DNA from: Camelus ferus
Taxonomy: Eukaryota
DNA: 64,000 nucleotides
Assembly (NCBI RefSeq): GCF_009834535.1
Contig: NC_045697.1
Span: forward strand, 52,392,001-52,456,000
Reading direction: 5' to 3'
In this document: positions 50,904-64,000 of the stretch, one piece after another
Position numbering within the stretch: the stretch's first letter is position 1
How the letters are laid out: each line of letters begins with the position of its first letter
The notes under the pieces: model-generated
Seen by the model: the letters and a program-made list of their open reading frames with translations, nothing else
What the model was told of the DNA's origin: nothing
Database searches by the model: none
Made by a program: the position numbers and the translations under genes

Positions 50904-52667
50904 GATTATATTATACTTGGATCTTAACCATAATGCGGTCTTTGGAATCAAAACTGTAAGAAAAATGTAAAGTGAAACAGAGTTTTAATCACGTATAGAG
51001 CTCGTAAATTCTATAATAAATCACATTCAGTAATAAATCCTTTCCAAGTCTGATCTGCCTTACCCCTAATTTCACACCATTTCATGTCATACAAAATGAG
51101 GTAGCTCATGTCTAAAAGTAGAATGTTGGCTAGTCCGTGATTTGAAATGTGCCATGCCTGGGAAATTAAGCAATATCATGTCATCTTGCAATAGAGTATC
51201 TTTCTGTGCTGACAGTTGAATTTCCAGTATATCCTTGTGACACACTAAACTTTGTTAAAAAAAAAAAAAAGATTTGGTTTTTTCTTTAAGCTATGTCAAT
51301 CAGCAGGTAACTGTGTTCACTGAGCTTTCAATTATGAGAAAAATGTGTAAATGGATTTTAACAAATGAAAGAGCAAACTATTTTTGAAATATTAGAATTT
51401 ACATGATTGTTTTAGTTGAAGAAAAAATTTTACGTATGAGCTGGGCAAGAATGTGCATTTCAAGCAACTGGTTAACTTAATGAAACACTATGTCAGTGAT
51501 CATGATAAGACGTACAAATTTTAAAGTTGTTAGAATGAAAATATACTAACAATACTTTCAGAAATCATCTTTCTCTGAGAAACTCTCATAGTCACAGTCA
51601 TTTTCTCAGCCTTTAAAAAATTTTTTTTGAGAAACAAGGTAAGTAAAAGTTGATTCTCCCCAATTAGTCATCATCATCATTACACTCGGCAACTAACTTA
51701 CAAGACTCCTGCCTCTCCCTCCACCCCAGACCCTCTGCCTTCCCAAACCCCCTACCCCATAAAGAAGATGAGACACACAATAACAAACAAGTGATTCCCT
51801 GTAAAGTGACAAACAGTAAGCGCTTAGATGGTGTTAGAATTTGAGACAGGTATAATTCACATGAGTCACTCATCCAAAGATGAGTGGCAGGAAAAAGCAA
51901 GACTTTACTTAGGTATTGAAGTAAAGGCAGGACTTAAAAAAGGCAAGAGGAAAAGAGATGCTTGGGTCCAGTGGAAATGTGCACGCAGTAACACTATTCA
52001 CAGAAGGACAATCAGACACATTTCATTAGAATGCAGACAGAGCAATGGAGTAGAGAAGTTAAAAACGTGAAACCCCAAAGAGCAAGATTCACGATGTAAA
52101 TCTGAGGAGTAAGAAATGAAAAAAACGCAACTGACTTCCATCTTACCCCTTCTTACTGCAAAACCAAACCAAAAATAAAAAACATAGCACATTTAAATAA
52201 TGCAAATGACAGTGATAACTAAGACTTGTCTAATATTTCAACTGCCTTAAGCACAGTCCTTTTCCCACAACAACCCTATGGAGAAGGCAGTTCAGACTGA
52301 ATTATAAGACCTTTATTATGAATTGGAAAACTGAGGTTCAGAGGACTTAAGGTTTAACACACTGATTTAAGTTTTCAAAGCTATTCCTGTGATCACCTTA
52401 ATGAAAAAGTTCAATAATAATTGTTTTTTCCTCTTACCAGCACACACACACACAAAAATGAAGGCTACAACGATGCGCCTCTATCAGACTTACTGACCTA
52501 GAAGTGACAGTGTATCAACAGCAAGAACAAATGCTGAACAGCCTAAAAGTTAAGGGACCATGGGCTGTTTCTCAAAGCATAAGTAAAGATCTGTAAATCA
52601 AGTGAGTACCCACCCTGGCCCTGGATAATTAATCTAATCTATGTCTGCAAATTCTACTGGTAACTCT

Positions 52668-52687
52668 AACAACAACAACAACAACAA
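52668..52687. repeat. (AAC)n microsatellite
   Basis: Seen directly, about 6 units. Confidence 0.85.
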
Positions 52688-55600
52688 GGGTAACACTGAA
52701 ACTCTGTCATATTTCATTAAATTTAGGGGATTAATGGCCATCGTTCTAAGAATTTTAAAAGTCACATTATTTTCCATTTGTTGGGTAAACCAAGTCATTC
52801 ACTTGAATTGTTAAACTGCAGATAAATTATATTCCGATTTATTTCTTACATTCTACCTTACCCTACCCCTTCTCCTTAACTAACCCCTTCTCCAAGGAAG
52901 AATGTTTTATTTGGCTAAAACTCTAATCTTCTGCTACTTATGTTCTCTAAAATAGAAGGATGCTTCTAAGGTCCCTTGCTTCTCTTTGATTGACAGCTCC
53001 GGCCCACAGTTATCTTGTCTTTCATGGAACTGCTGTACTTTACTGTCAGCACCACACAGTTTATTTGGTCTCTCCAGCTAGAAATAAACTCACAATCTGA
53101 GGTCATATTTTATGCTTTTTAAAAAATTATATAAGCCTCTTCTCCCTGACCTCCACCAATACCACTCGGGGTATGGGCACACAACAAACAGTCGGACCAC
53201 TGAGCTTCTTAATCACTGTGGCAGCAGAAACAGCCAGTCACCGGAAGACTCTTAAGAATGTTTAACTGTTGGTTTATCTAAGAACAGTTCTGCTGATGAG
53301 CCCATTCAGCATGATGTGTGCCTCAAAGACAAACTTAAGGTTACTAGCTACCAACTGGACACCTGGGGCTCAAGACCTAAAAAAGACCATGATACAAGTA
53401 AGTAGAATTCACTGTGCTCACTGAGAGCACAGGCCCCAGGGCCAGGCAGCAGCTCTTAACACTTGGTTGCTATTTAACTTTGCAAACAACTACTTACTAT
53501 CTTTGTGCCTCAAGTTTATCAATATATAAAACAGGGTTGATTGTACCAACCAAAGCACTAGCGTGAAAAGGTGTTCAGTCTATGTTAGTCGTTGTCATTA
53601 TCCTCCACAGAAGAACAGACTCAATGCTACCATGTGGAGCCCGAAGGAGCTCAGTGCTGCTAACACTGAAGTTCAGAGCTGTTACAAGGCTCCCTGCAAA
53701 ACGGCTTGGTCACCTTCTAGCCTCTTGTATGCACATGCCTAGAACACTAATCAGGTGGTAACGTCAACTGGGTATGTTTAACGCTGGCTTTCAGACTGCA
53801 GAAAAAACTACGGCTACCATTTTAACATGGCAGCAGAGAAAAGGGAAGCATGGTTGTGTTCATTTCACCTCAGTTCTAGGGAGTGAAACCAGACCATTGG
53901 TGCTAATGCACGGAGAAATCAGGACACTCTGCTGGTGACTGATAAGGTCAGGCGATCCTGCAGAGGCAGCTAAGTCAAGGAGCCACTGGATCAATCAGAC
54001 AAGTGAGCTGGGAACAGTGGGAAGCCCTTCTCTTTCTGAAGAAGAGCAAGAAAAACTTCCTCCCTTGGCTTGGCCTCTTGCTGCAGAGATTCCCGGTGGC
54101 GAGGGAAGGAGGGAAACAGCAAAATCTGCAGATACCTCCCCCTACCTGTAAAGGATGGTTCACTGATCTTATTATCAGTTATCCCAGATGACAACACTCC
54201 ATCAGAGCTCCGAACCAAGGTATAAGGTATAAACTTTTCACTGAACTAACTTTACAGTACGTACGTCAGTTCACTTAAAATTCTCTTGAGGGTGGAGGAT
54301 TCGGGAGCAGGGAGATTAGGGCCAAGTGCAAATGTGCTGGATGGTGCTCCAAAGAGAACACTTGCCCCACCCTTCTTGCGATTTTCTTCTTTGTTCCAGA
54401 TGCTGACCACCAAGAAGGGCCCTTAAGAGGAGGCATTTTTGGTTGCCAAGGAGATTCTCCTAAAGCGGACCGGATTTCTTGCAGAGCTGGGAACAGCAGC
54501 TCCTTGAGCAGAAGCAATCAGAAACACACAGGTGGCCAAGTCGTCTACCACCGTACTTCTCACCTCCTTACCTCTGAATACCAGCGGATTAGCCGTCTCA
54601 GAGATCCAATTAGACCAGGAGAGTAAACCCAGTTTTAGCCTTGATATTCTAAGCTTCTGAAAAAAGCCCCAGAGTGAGCTGGGAGGCAGATGCTACTGAC
54701 TGAGAGATTCTTTTCACTTTAACTGAGTCGCTAAGCTTTTAGTGGAGTAAATCACAAAGGAGAAACTCAAATTTGACTGGCAAACAGTATCCCAGCAGTG
54801 GAGGCAGATTTATTAAAGTGTTTAAAAGACCTAGGACACAAATTGGTATAATCTTTTGGGGAGGTAATTGGCAATACATAATGACCCAGCAATTTTCCAC
54901 TTACAAAAACTTCTCCTTCAGAAATGCCCATAAAAGAATTAAAAAAAAAAAAGTTAGCTCTTTAAAAACTCCAGTTGCAGAATCATACAATCCCATTTGA
55001 AGTTTATATAAATAAGTATATATATTTTTAATGCATAGAAAAAGTCTAGAAGATTCTACATCAACCTGCTAATAAGTGGTTATTTGAGGGTGAGAATTTG
55101 TAAACTTTCACTTTCTATTTTATTTGTTTTTGCTTTGTTTGAATTTTTACAGCAATTTTGTATAATTATGAAGTAGAAAAAAACTAAAGTTTAAAAAATA
55201 TTACAGATAATAAAATGTTACTAGAGCAGGTAAAGAATGAGTCCATGTTTTTATTTATAAGTACTATAAAGGTTTCTTAACCACGCCCTTAGGGTGTTCA
55301 CCATAAGGTGCCGCTGTTTTCTGGTTTTCCACTTCGAGGGGGGAAAAAGCTAGTTTTTTGTTTTTTGTTTTTTTTTAAATGACGTTTTGGTCAGAGGTAG
55401 GTGACATGTGACACGAGAGTAGATATTCATCAAGGACAACTGTAACGGCCTCCTACTGCTCTGCGATACAATCTAAGTGCATTCCTGGTACTGGGATTCA
55501 GGCAGACGGCTACACACTAAAAAGAGGACAATAAGTGACATCAAACACGAAACACAACAGGTCATCACTGAAGACATGTAAAACCTGCAATCCTTTTTGT

Positions 55601-58600
55601 TAAATTTTGAATACAGGAACGCCCTGCAGGTGCTCCTAGAGTTCGATTCTCTCACAGGTACAGGGACAGGTGAGGGTGCGGCTCAGGACCCCCCTCGGTG
55701 GTCCTGTCTCCTGCATACACACCCCGATGCCCCTTTCTGAACAATAAAGACTAAGACACTTGTTCCGGAGACAGGCCCTTGGCGAAGGGATCGTGGGTCG
55801 TGTGTTTTCCCCAGGTGACATCCAAAAGAGCACTGCAGGTAACAGACACAATCACTCAAAAGCTCAGCCTCGCCACTCCCGGGGGCCTACCTCCACTTCT
55901 CGTGCAATAAAATACTTTCATTTTTATTAATGTTAATTAATAATTTAATTAAGAGTACATGGAAGATATTTTAACTAGTAAACTCATTTTTTTTTCTTAC
56001 AGTACTTGTATGGAACAGAAGAACTTCCTTTGCCGAGAGGAACAAGGTCTTGACATCTAGGGCACACGCAGTAAGAAACGTCCATTGCGCTGTGTAATGC
56101 ACGTGGTGTGTACCCAGTGCTTAATTACAGGACCACCACCGATGATCCAGGACATGAGCAAGTTCCTCCATCCTAGCACACAGCACCCCCAGTGGTCCTT
56201 TTCAAAGGTAAGTCAGAACACACAACTCTCCTGAAACACTGTTTCATGGCACTTCGAATAAAATTAAAAGGTCTCCCTGCATACTTCCTGGCCTCACCTA
56301 CCTCTGCACACCTGCTACCTTGGCTCCTCCTTTTCTTACCTGAAAACACAAGATAGAGCTTAGATTACCTGGAACAAGTGTATCTACTTCACTTTCAGGC
56401 TGACACAAAACTCGTTTTTAAATGAAGGCTATCAGGCTGATCCAGATAAAAAGTTTTTCACAGAAAGTATAACGTTGCAAAAACTGGAAAATTCAAGTGT
56501 CTCAATTTTATTTGGGACACAGGTCAAGAACACAGGTTCCTAAAGTCAGTATAAGTATCAGTGCTTCTCAAACTCTTCTAATAACCATTAACCAATGTGG
56601 TTGTTAATTCTTTCAGAATATGGGAGAGAGCATAAGGAGGGAGAAGGAAGCTACATAAAGTCAAAAGTTTTGGAGAAAGGGAAAAGACAGTGACAGACAT
56701 CAGTTTTGTTAATTGTCTAAGTAGCTAGCTGATCCCCTTGGAAACGGGCTCCAAAGGTAACCATCACAATGGGTACACCAGTTCCCATCAAGGACTCCTG
56801 CCCGATGGAAAGCTGGAGCCGCCCAACCACAGGGAAACTCATCGCAGTTACCGAAACTGCAGTCAGTGACTCAGCACACCTAACGACTGCAACCGCCTCC
56901 TCACAACATGCCTTTCTTCTCAGGTTTTCACAGGTGTGATTCCATCTGGAGCTTTCCTGACACAGCAGTGCTTCACTGGCCCCCGAGCACGTGCTGAAGA
57001 CAAGAAGCATAACCTCGGCAAACCCGAGCCCGTCCCGCCACTGCGCCCTCCCTGAGGAGGGGGGCGAGACCACCTGGCGCTCTGTGTGAATCGGAGGGTC
57101 TTCTGGCCGAGCCATGGAAAAGGAAAAGCAGGTGCAATAGCCCTCTTCCATCACTGTGAGTGTGCAATAGCTACGAATGCTAAGGGAGACTGTGTGTGAG
57201 CCTCAGGGTGGAAACCAACACGATGAAAAATTCGTCTCACCCGAATTTAGTTGACTCGCCTCTGTATCACATACGTGTAAGAAAAGAATTAGGGGCTCAT
57301 CCAGTCACAAAATGCTTCTTTCCAGATTTCATTTTAAGGCGGTCATGGCTTAGCAGTTCCAAACTTATATGTGGTTTAAGGATTTCATCCTCTTATTCTC
57401 TGACAAAAATATTTAAATTCAGGTATATCTCTACAAAAGACCAAGACTTCAAAAACAGAAATCGAGGCCATCAAGTGTATTTAAAGATAATAGGCAACAG
57501 GCAGTGCTAAAAGGGATTACAACACACTTTAGAAACTAACCTGAGGCCAGATTCTACCAGGAGACGTAGGGATGGGTTCTCAGATAAGCTAGCTAAATAG
57601 CAAGCATCATGGAAGCCATCGCCAGATAAGATGTTACAAAGTCATGTGAGCTGGAAGTGTCTCTCTAACAATCTGCGAGGGATTTCTACATCGACTGCAT
57701 CCCCTGCAGTCTAGAGACTGCAATTTCACTTAAGGTTGGTCACGTAATTGTGAGAGCTTTTTGCATTATTGATAATCCTGGAAAAACGAAAACAAAAAAA
57801 CAAAAAAACAAAACAAGCCCTTTTAAAGTCATTGCAGCACTGAGCACGGTTATTTCCTCCAGAGTTAAAGCTAAGAGGTAAAATGATTTTAAAAAAAAAG
57901 ACTTCCTAATCCTCACAGCTGATCTCACACTCACAAGAAAATTAGAACTAACCCACTGCATTTGATAAGCATCCATGGCAGTTCTAACATATTTTAAAGA
58001 ACAGAAAAGGAATAAAAGGAGATAGAAAAACAAATCAATCTAAGGTAATTGGGGAAGGTAACTGGATAATGAAGGAAAGGAAAACCCTCCATAGCAACAA
58101 AATAGAGGAGATCATTTATGTCGATTTACAAGTAGATGAGCTCCAGCTATATATATATGTATGTTTAAATCTTCTCCCCAGGTGTTTTTCTGCTTAATAA
58201 ATACAATATCCAAGATGGAATATTGTTGAAGCACTGAGTCACCTCAATTCTGGCCATGCTTTTTCTTCTGCTGTTAACTATTTTGAGCTATTTCTCAATA
58301 AAGCAGCCGCTACTGAAATCATCAGTGCATAGGCTTGGCAGAGCCAGAGAGAGAAAGTGCAGTCCGCAGATTTGTTTCTTCTGTTTTCCTAAAACAGAAT
58401 CTCATAAAAAATATGCCTTCGAATTTTGTCACTATGTAGCTGTCAGAAAGAAAACTGCTCCTCATCAGAACTCTGAACATTAAACCTGTCTCTTGTGCTG
58501 CGGGGAAGTTACACAGCCCCGGGAAGTCACCAAGCACCGTCACAACTGTTCGAATTGTATCCAGGCAGGATAATCAGTCAATCAGAAAACTTCAGTTCCA

Positions 58601-60529
58601 GTTGGATGGAAGTTTTTCTGGGGCCAACTTGGAAAAGCATACAGAACAAGTTTGACTTTACTGCCAAGATCATTTCCAGGACACTGGCTAATTAATTGTA
58701 AAAGCTTTTTCAAAACAAATTTGAGCCTGGCAACCTTTTTTTTCCCACCCAAACACAGAAAAAGCAGGTTAAAAAATAAAAGCCTGGGTTTATTGTGGTT
58801 TTTGCCCTGGCTTCATCTTCTTAGCAAGTCCATTTTCTTCTTCTCGCCCTAAAATGATCCCAGAGCTTTTGTATCTGAAGTCACTAAGATAGTAAGTATA
58901 GAAACTGGAAATATTAGTTGGAATTTATACTCTACCTTTGGTTATAGAGGAGATCATGGGTCAGTTACAAAGCTTCTCTTCAAATTTCTTGGTGGGAACA
59001 AAGAACAGAGTTTCGTCCTCTTTGGGGGTTAACTATGACTATTATATTAGATAAACGAAGATGGACAGTTGCTCTTACAATGATATATTCATCAACCTCA
59101 CTCTCTGGTTTTGAAAACAAAAAGAACAAAACTCTTGAACTGAGTCTTCCCGGTTTCATCTTCACATGAATCTCTATGAATGTGATGCATCAGTGACAGG
59201 CAACAGAGTCTGGTTTTAAGGACCAAATCACATAGGTTTCACAGCAAAATCAACACCCCAAATCATCATGTTCCAACCTATTTCTTCTAACACTGGAATC
59301 ACAACCTTATGTAATACACATCTTGAGCCATCAAATTTCTTTGGCATACGCCCAGATTCGAAGACACCCAAGAAGGTAAGAAATCTTTCTCAGAATTTAC
59401 CACCTGCTACTGACAAAAGAACTGTCCGCAATAAAAGAAGCCTTCCAGACATTTCAGAAGAAGTGTCAGCCAGGTATTTCTAACTCTGCCTATCCAATAT
59501 CAAGGACCCTGGCCAACCTCATAATCGGAATGGTGCTTGGTAAATACTGTATAGAGCCAAAATGTACAAAATTGTTTTGAGGGAAATTCTCAACAAGTCC
59601 TAGGGGACTGAGTTTTCCCTTTTCACGACTGGTATGAATGTACCAGTGTAGCCAGTATTTAAGTGATCTTCTCCCACATCATCAGGTAGGCCAGTGGTAG
59701 GAGAGAGCCATCACTACCAGCATTTAGAAGGCAAGAATTAATCTCAGTGCAGAAGGGGTAGGTAATTAGGCAGAAACAAAGCAGAGTTTCTCTTCTGGGA
59801 AACACATGTAAGTTAAGATGGGAAAGATAACACCAGATGTCAGAGAATCTTAAAAAGTCAGGGAATTCTGAATGTAACTTGGTAAGAAGACGTTACACAC
59901 TTTTGATCCAGGAGAGAGTTATAAGGGCAATAATATGAAAAGTGTATTGAGTTGGGAGAAAATGGAAACAGGATTAATTCCAAAGGCTCTTCTAGCAATC
60001 TGTTCTGAGATGATGAAGGCCCCATTAGGGGGCTGCTGGTGAGAAGAAGAAGGAAGAAAGAATCAAAAGCCACCTTACAAGAAGGAACATAATTTCACCT
60101 TTCCTGTGCTTTTTAGAATTCATCAATGTCTAAAAACCTCTGTCAGTTAAAGAGGAACACTGTGGAAAATAAGGCTTCACTGCCTTACAGATATATAATT
60201 CAGATTTCTTTATTTATTCAGGTAGAATTTTCAGCCAATTAGTGCAAATAACTCATTTTATCTTTTAATATAAAGTGCAAAATTTATACCTACTCCCCAT
60301 TTTCTGCTAATGTCAAGCCCAGATACCCAACCCAACTGGGAAAGTGGCCCAGTTTCTACCACATGCTTTTTAAAGGAAAGCAAATTGAGATTCAAAACCT
60401 AATTGTTTTCCATTTCAAACAGGCTACTTAATATGTCTTTTAATAGACAAACAAATACACAATAGCTTTGCCTGAGGTGTCCCCCCAACGTTAGCAATTT
60501 CCAACATTTCCTAGCCCTCAACAGTTTGC

Positions 60530-60705
60530 CAAAGCAGTTTTTTCGTAAATTATCTTATTTAATCCTCACAATCAACCTGAGGTAGGAATTATTATCACTA
60601 TCTTAAAGCTGAGAGAACTGTAGCTCCAAGACTTAAACTGCCCGAGTGAATACACCGTTAAGAGCTGGAGTCAAGCCTAATTCTTATCTTCTAAACTTCA
60701 AATCC
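60530..60705 (-). mobile_element. MIR SINE
   Basis: tatcttatttaatcctcacaa..gaggtagg..attatc..agagctgga. Confidence 0.65.
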
Positions 60706-60852
60706 CTTCCCCCAGAGAAAGTGAAAAAAAGAACCCATCTACCCATACTGGTTCATTTCAGGTCAGGGAACCGTCATTTCTAACCTCTCCCCAGCATCTT
60801 CCAGGTATACATTTAGTCTCGCAGTTCAAAGAAGCAAGAATTCTTTGCTTAC

Positions 60853-60929
60853 CTGGTCTTTCTCCGGTTTATCAGAAATGTCATTCAGACTGGAAGAAGT
60901 CAGATTCCTGTGAGTCATGGCGGGGCTAC
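60853..60929 (-). CDS. SLC4A4: SLC4A4/NBCe1 internal coding exon (77 nt, probably exon 7): (G)[25 protein letters not shown]
   Basis: Manual reverse-strand translation matches the NBCe1 N-terminal domain. Acceptor tgtttttccAG, donor CAG|GTaagc. Not in the ORF track. Confidence 0.96.
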
Positions 60930-63290
60930 CTGGAAAAACAGAAGTGAAGCCTCATAAACGACTTCTCATCAAAAACACACAGGCTCTGGCTGCACACTTT
61001 GTGAAGACTAGCAGATGAGGATGGGGATGGGGATGGTGCTTCAGCTACATTAGGAGTCTCCTGAAGTGTTGGAAAGTTAGGGTAGAGTGCTAACACGGTT
61101 AAATGAAAAATGCATAAAATCTCATACACCTTGTTTAAGTCTTGCTTCCTGGTTCTATTTCAAGATAAGTTAAACTTTAAAAGAAACATGTAAAACAATA
61201 TGCATTAAAAATAAATTTACTCCTAGTTCTGGTTTGCCTCTTGTTTTAGCCCTTCATAGACATCCTGGTCTACCCATCTCTATTGCCCAGAGAGATGGGC
61301 TCTTTCCTCTCGTCTGAAGAGCCCGCGCCACAGTAAAAGGCCGGGACCTCTGCAGTCCTTCCCAGGACACCCCTTGCTCAGATCGACCCCCAGAGCCATC
61401 TGCATTCCATCCTCTGGCTAACACTTTGATCAACAGTATTTCTTGTTAGTGGACACCTGATTCAGAATCCCCACTCTTTGCCTCACAGCAGTGTTATCGC
61501 AGCCCCCCTTACTTCCTGTGTTCCCATGTGCCAGACTAAAATTAAGGTACCCCTTCTTTCCCCCTTAACAGGCCAAACTTCTTATCCAAGGCCAGGGATG
61601 GATTTCATCAGGAATACTCCATAGGAACAAAGCTCCCCGGCAGTGGAGCTGCTGTAGGTAAAGTCCATGGGCAATCCATCCCGTGACTTCGACATGGTTA
61701 TTTGAGAGCACAGAGGAAGGAGATCGAGGAAAAGGAGAGACTATTTTCAAGCAGACTGGTTAATAAACAGAATACTGAGCTTTCATTCTGCAGTTGGACC
61801 TGAAATTTCTAGGCTCACTAAGCAAAAAAGTAACTTTTCAAAGCCAGGGTGTTTGACCCGCCCCTGGAGGACGCTGAGTAATGTGTCCATCATCTAATCC
61901 TCAGAGATCTGACTCAGGCTGGTCTTCGCATCAAGAGGACAAGGGTTGAAAAAACAAGCACCCAAGTTCGAACATAGCTTCACACTTGTTTCCACATAAT
62001 TCTTTAGATTACAGACTTCTCTTCCTTCAGACCGAAACCTCAACACATAATTTTACAAAAGACTAAAATCAACCCCTAATAATTTAATGTCCATGTAACA
62101 GCAGTTCTTTAAATAATATAATTGTTTTTAACTACTAGATCAATTTTCTTGAGCTGGCAAAACAGAATATTTTCCACTCTGCTGCATTTCATTGAACAAG
62201 CGTGGCCTAGCTCTCCTAAACCTTTTACCTGGTGAGATGTTTTATTTCAGGAAAATTTGAGTACAGGGCATTTTTCAAAGGAAAGTAACATCTGAAAAAC
62301 TGCTCTATGAGCAAAATTAAAAGGACCCCTTTGAAAGCCACATTTTCTTCTCTGAACCGCCTACCAGGTTTCTAGTGTCCACTCAATACAAAAGGCACCA
62401 GATACAAACATGAATGCCCCCAAATAACGCTGGGCTTGAAGCTAATGTGAGATGATGAGTGCATACAATTTTGTACTTTACATTAAAAAACAAAGTCAGT
62501 TTTTTAGATTAAGTGGGTGAAAATTCTCCTTGAATAAGTAAAGAAATCTGAACTGTATTTTCTTAAAGCAATGAAGTCTTAGTAATCCTAATCATAAATT
62601 AATAGCAGTTTATGTAAATGAATAGATAAGACTGATTTCTAATTATCAAATCAATTCTATGTAAGCAGCAACACTGAAATGAATTTGAAAGCAGCTTTTC
62701 ACTAAGTACTTTAAATTTCCTGGGCAATAGTCTAAGTTCACTGATTTGCTTTGGAAATTCTTTGTAAATACTGCAGTGCTACATGTCAACCCAAGCACTG
62801 TCCTAACTGCTGCAAAATCTGAATAGGTAGAAGCCAAATGAATAAGGTTTCCACTATAATGGTAATCCTGACTGATGTCACAACTTTTCCAAGAAACCTC
62901 ATATACAGTCTCAATATTTCTCTCATTTCTGAAAGACAGTTATAGCGTAGCTATCTGTATTTGTACTCCATGGAGGGAGCAGAGAACAGCATGGGGCCAA
63001 GGCAGACGCAGGAACCAGATGGGGAAGAGGAGGCCTGTGTTAAGAAATAATCAGATCTATTGTCCCTCCCGACCTTATCTGATTCTCATTAATAGAAGTA
63101 ATATTAACACCTTCACTGATGTTTAACTTTGTAATACACTGAAAGAATTCAGAAGTCAACACTTCTGGGTAAACCTTAAGCAAGATGATCAGCATTCTCG
63201 TATCTCTTCCCACCTCCCTCCCTAACAAACTCTCCACCCCTCCCCTCTAACACCCTGAACCAGAGACAAATGCTTCCCAATGTTCTGAAT

Positions 63291-63463
63291 CAGTGGTTCC
63301 CAAAGTGCGGTTCCCAGAGCAGCAGCAGCAGCAGCCGGTGAGCACGTGATAAAAATGTAAATTCCTGGGACTCACCGCAGACCAACTATATCCAACTCAG
63401 CAATGGGGGTTTTAACAAACCTTCAAAATGATTTTAAAGTAAGCTAAAGTTGGAGAGCCACTG
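63291..63463. mobile_element. MER5A hAT-Charlie MITE
   Basis: TIRs cagtggttcccaaa / ttggagagccactg. Internal gcagcagcag and ttttaacaa. Degenerate 8-bp TSD ttctgaat / ctctaaat. Confidence 0.8.
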
Positions 63464-64000
63464 CTCTAAATAAACCAGTTATCTTAACCAGAGGATATGT
63501 CCTAGCATGTCCTTGCTCCCAGCTATGATACTGCAAGCACATTATGAAATTAGCATCCCTGCCACATAACCACACACCAAAAGATCATATGTGGTCTTTC
63601 CTCTAAATCCTCACCTATGCAATCAAATAAATACATTACTTTGTTTTCAAAACTCACTGTTTAATCAGCCTTTTCCAGAAACATATCACCCAAGTCAAAG
63701 AAGACAAGGACAAGCGCCAAGAAGTTACAAACCAAATTCTCTCTGGGAATCAGAAATTTCTGTGTGGCACGTCAGCAAACCTGGGATGCTGTTGCACAAC
63801 GGGTCCCTGACAATGTTCTACTGTGGATATTTTGCACTTAACAGTCAATAAGACACACTGTCAGAGTAAATCAGTGCTTTCTCTTTAGAGTTTTGGCTGA
63901 TGATGTAGACTCATTATACTGCAATCCTGAGCGAGTTGGGGTGGCAGGGGAAAATGTCACCTTGTACAAAAAAGGTGAAATACAAGACTACCCAAAAGTA

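Noticed and set aside
53411..53431. Short hairpin ctgtgctc-actga-gagcacag
   Set aside because: An 8-bp stem is expected by chance in 64 kb; too short for a pre-miRNA.
56717..57154. 145-aa sense-strand ORF
   Set aside because: GTG start, no homology I recognise, and explained by local GC richness.
1..64000. CRISPR arrays, operons or any novel multi-gene system
   Set aside because: Mammalian intron-exon DNA with no repeat-spacer arrays or long unexplained ORFs; the remaining short ORFs look like noise.

Overview
Mammalian genomic DNA, most likely a camelid (camel/alpaca/llama), judged from five tRNA-derived Vic-1-type SINEs and the lack of recognisable Alu, B1/B2, Bov-tA, PRE1 or Can-SINE copies. 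The whole window lies inside SLC4A4 (electrogenic Na+/HCO3- cotransporter NBCe1) on the minus strand. Eight consecutive GT-AG coding exons (60853-60929, 33647-33804, 26846-26933, 24402-24556, 23658-23771, 21386-21560, 8727-8860, 1764-2035; 1173 nt, 391 codons) splice in frame. They encode the C-terminal part of the cytoplasmic N-domain through TM1-TM5 and the start of extracellular loop 3. They probably correspond to human exons 7-14 (numbering from memory). Four of these exons are absent from the ORF track. The rest is intron filled with old (MIR, L2, L1M, MLT, MER) and lineage-specific (SINE, L1, ERV1 solo LTR) repeats; repeat family names are by eye. I found no evidence for a novel multi-gene system. 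The best leads are: an open 61-codon intron read-through after the last exon that resembles a truncated human NBCe1 isoform; Phe at the position of human disease residue L522; an intact solo LTR 60 nt from a splice acceptor; inverted SINEs bracketing four exons (a circRNA-prone layout); a young L1 insertion with a sense poly(A) signal; and a candidate recursive splice site.
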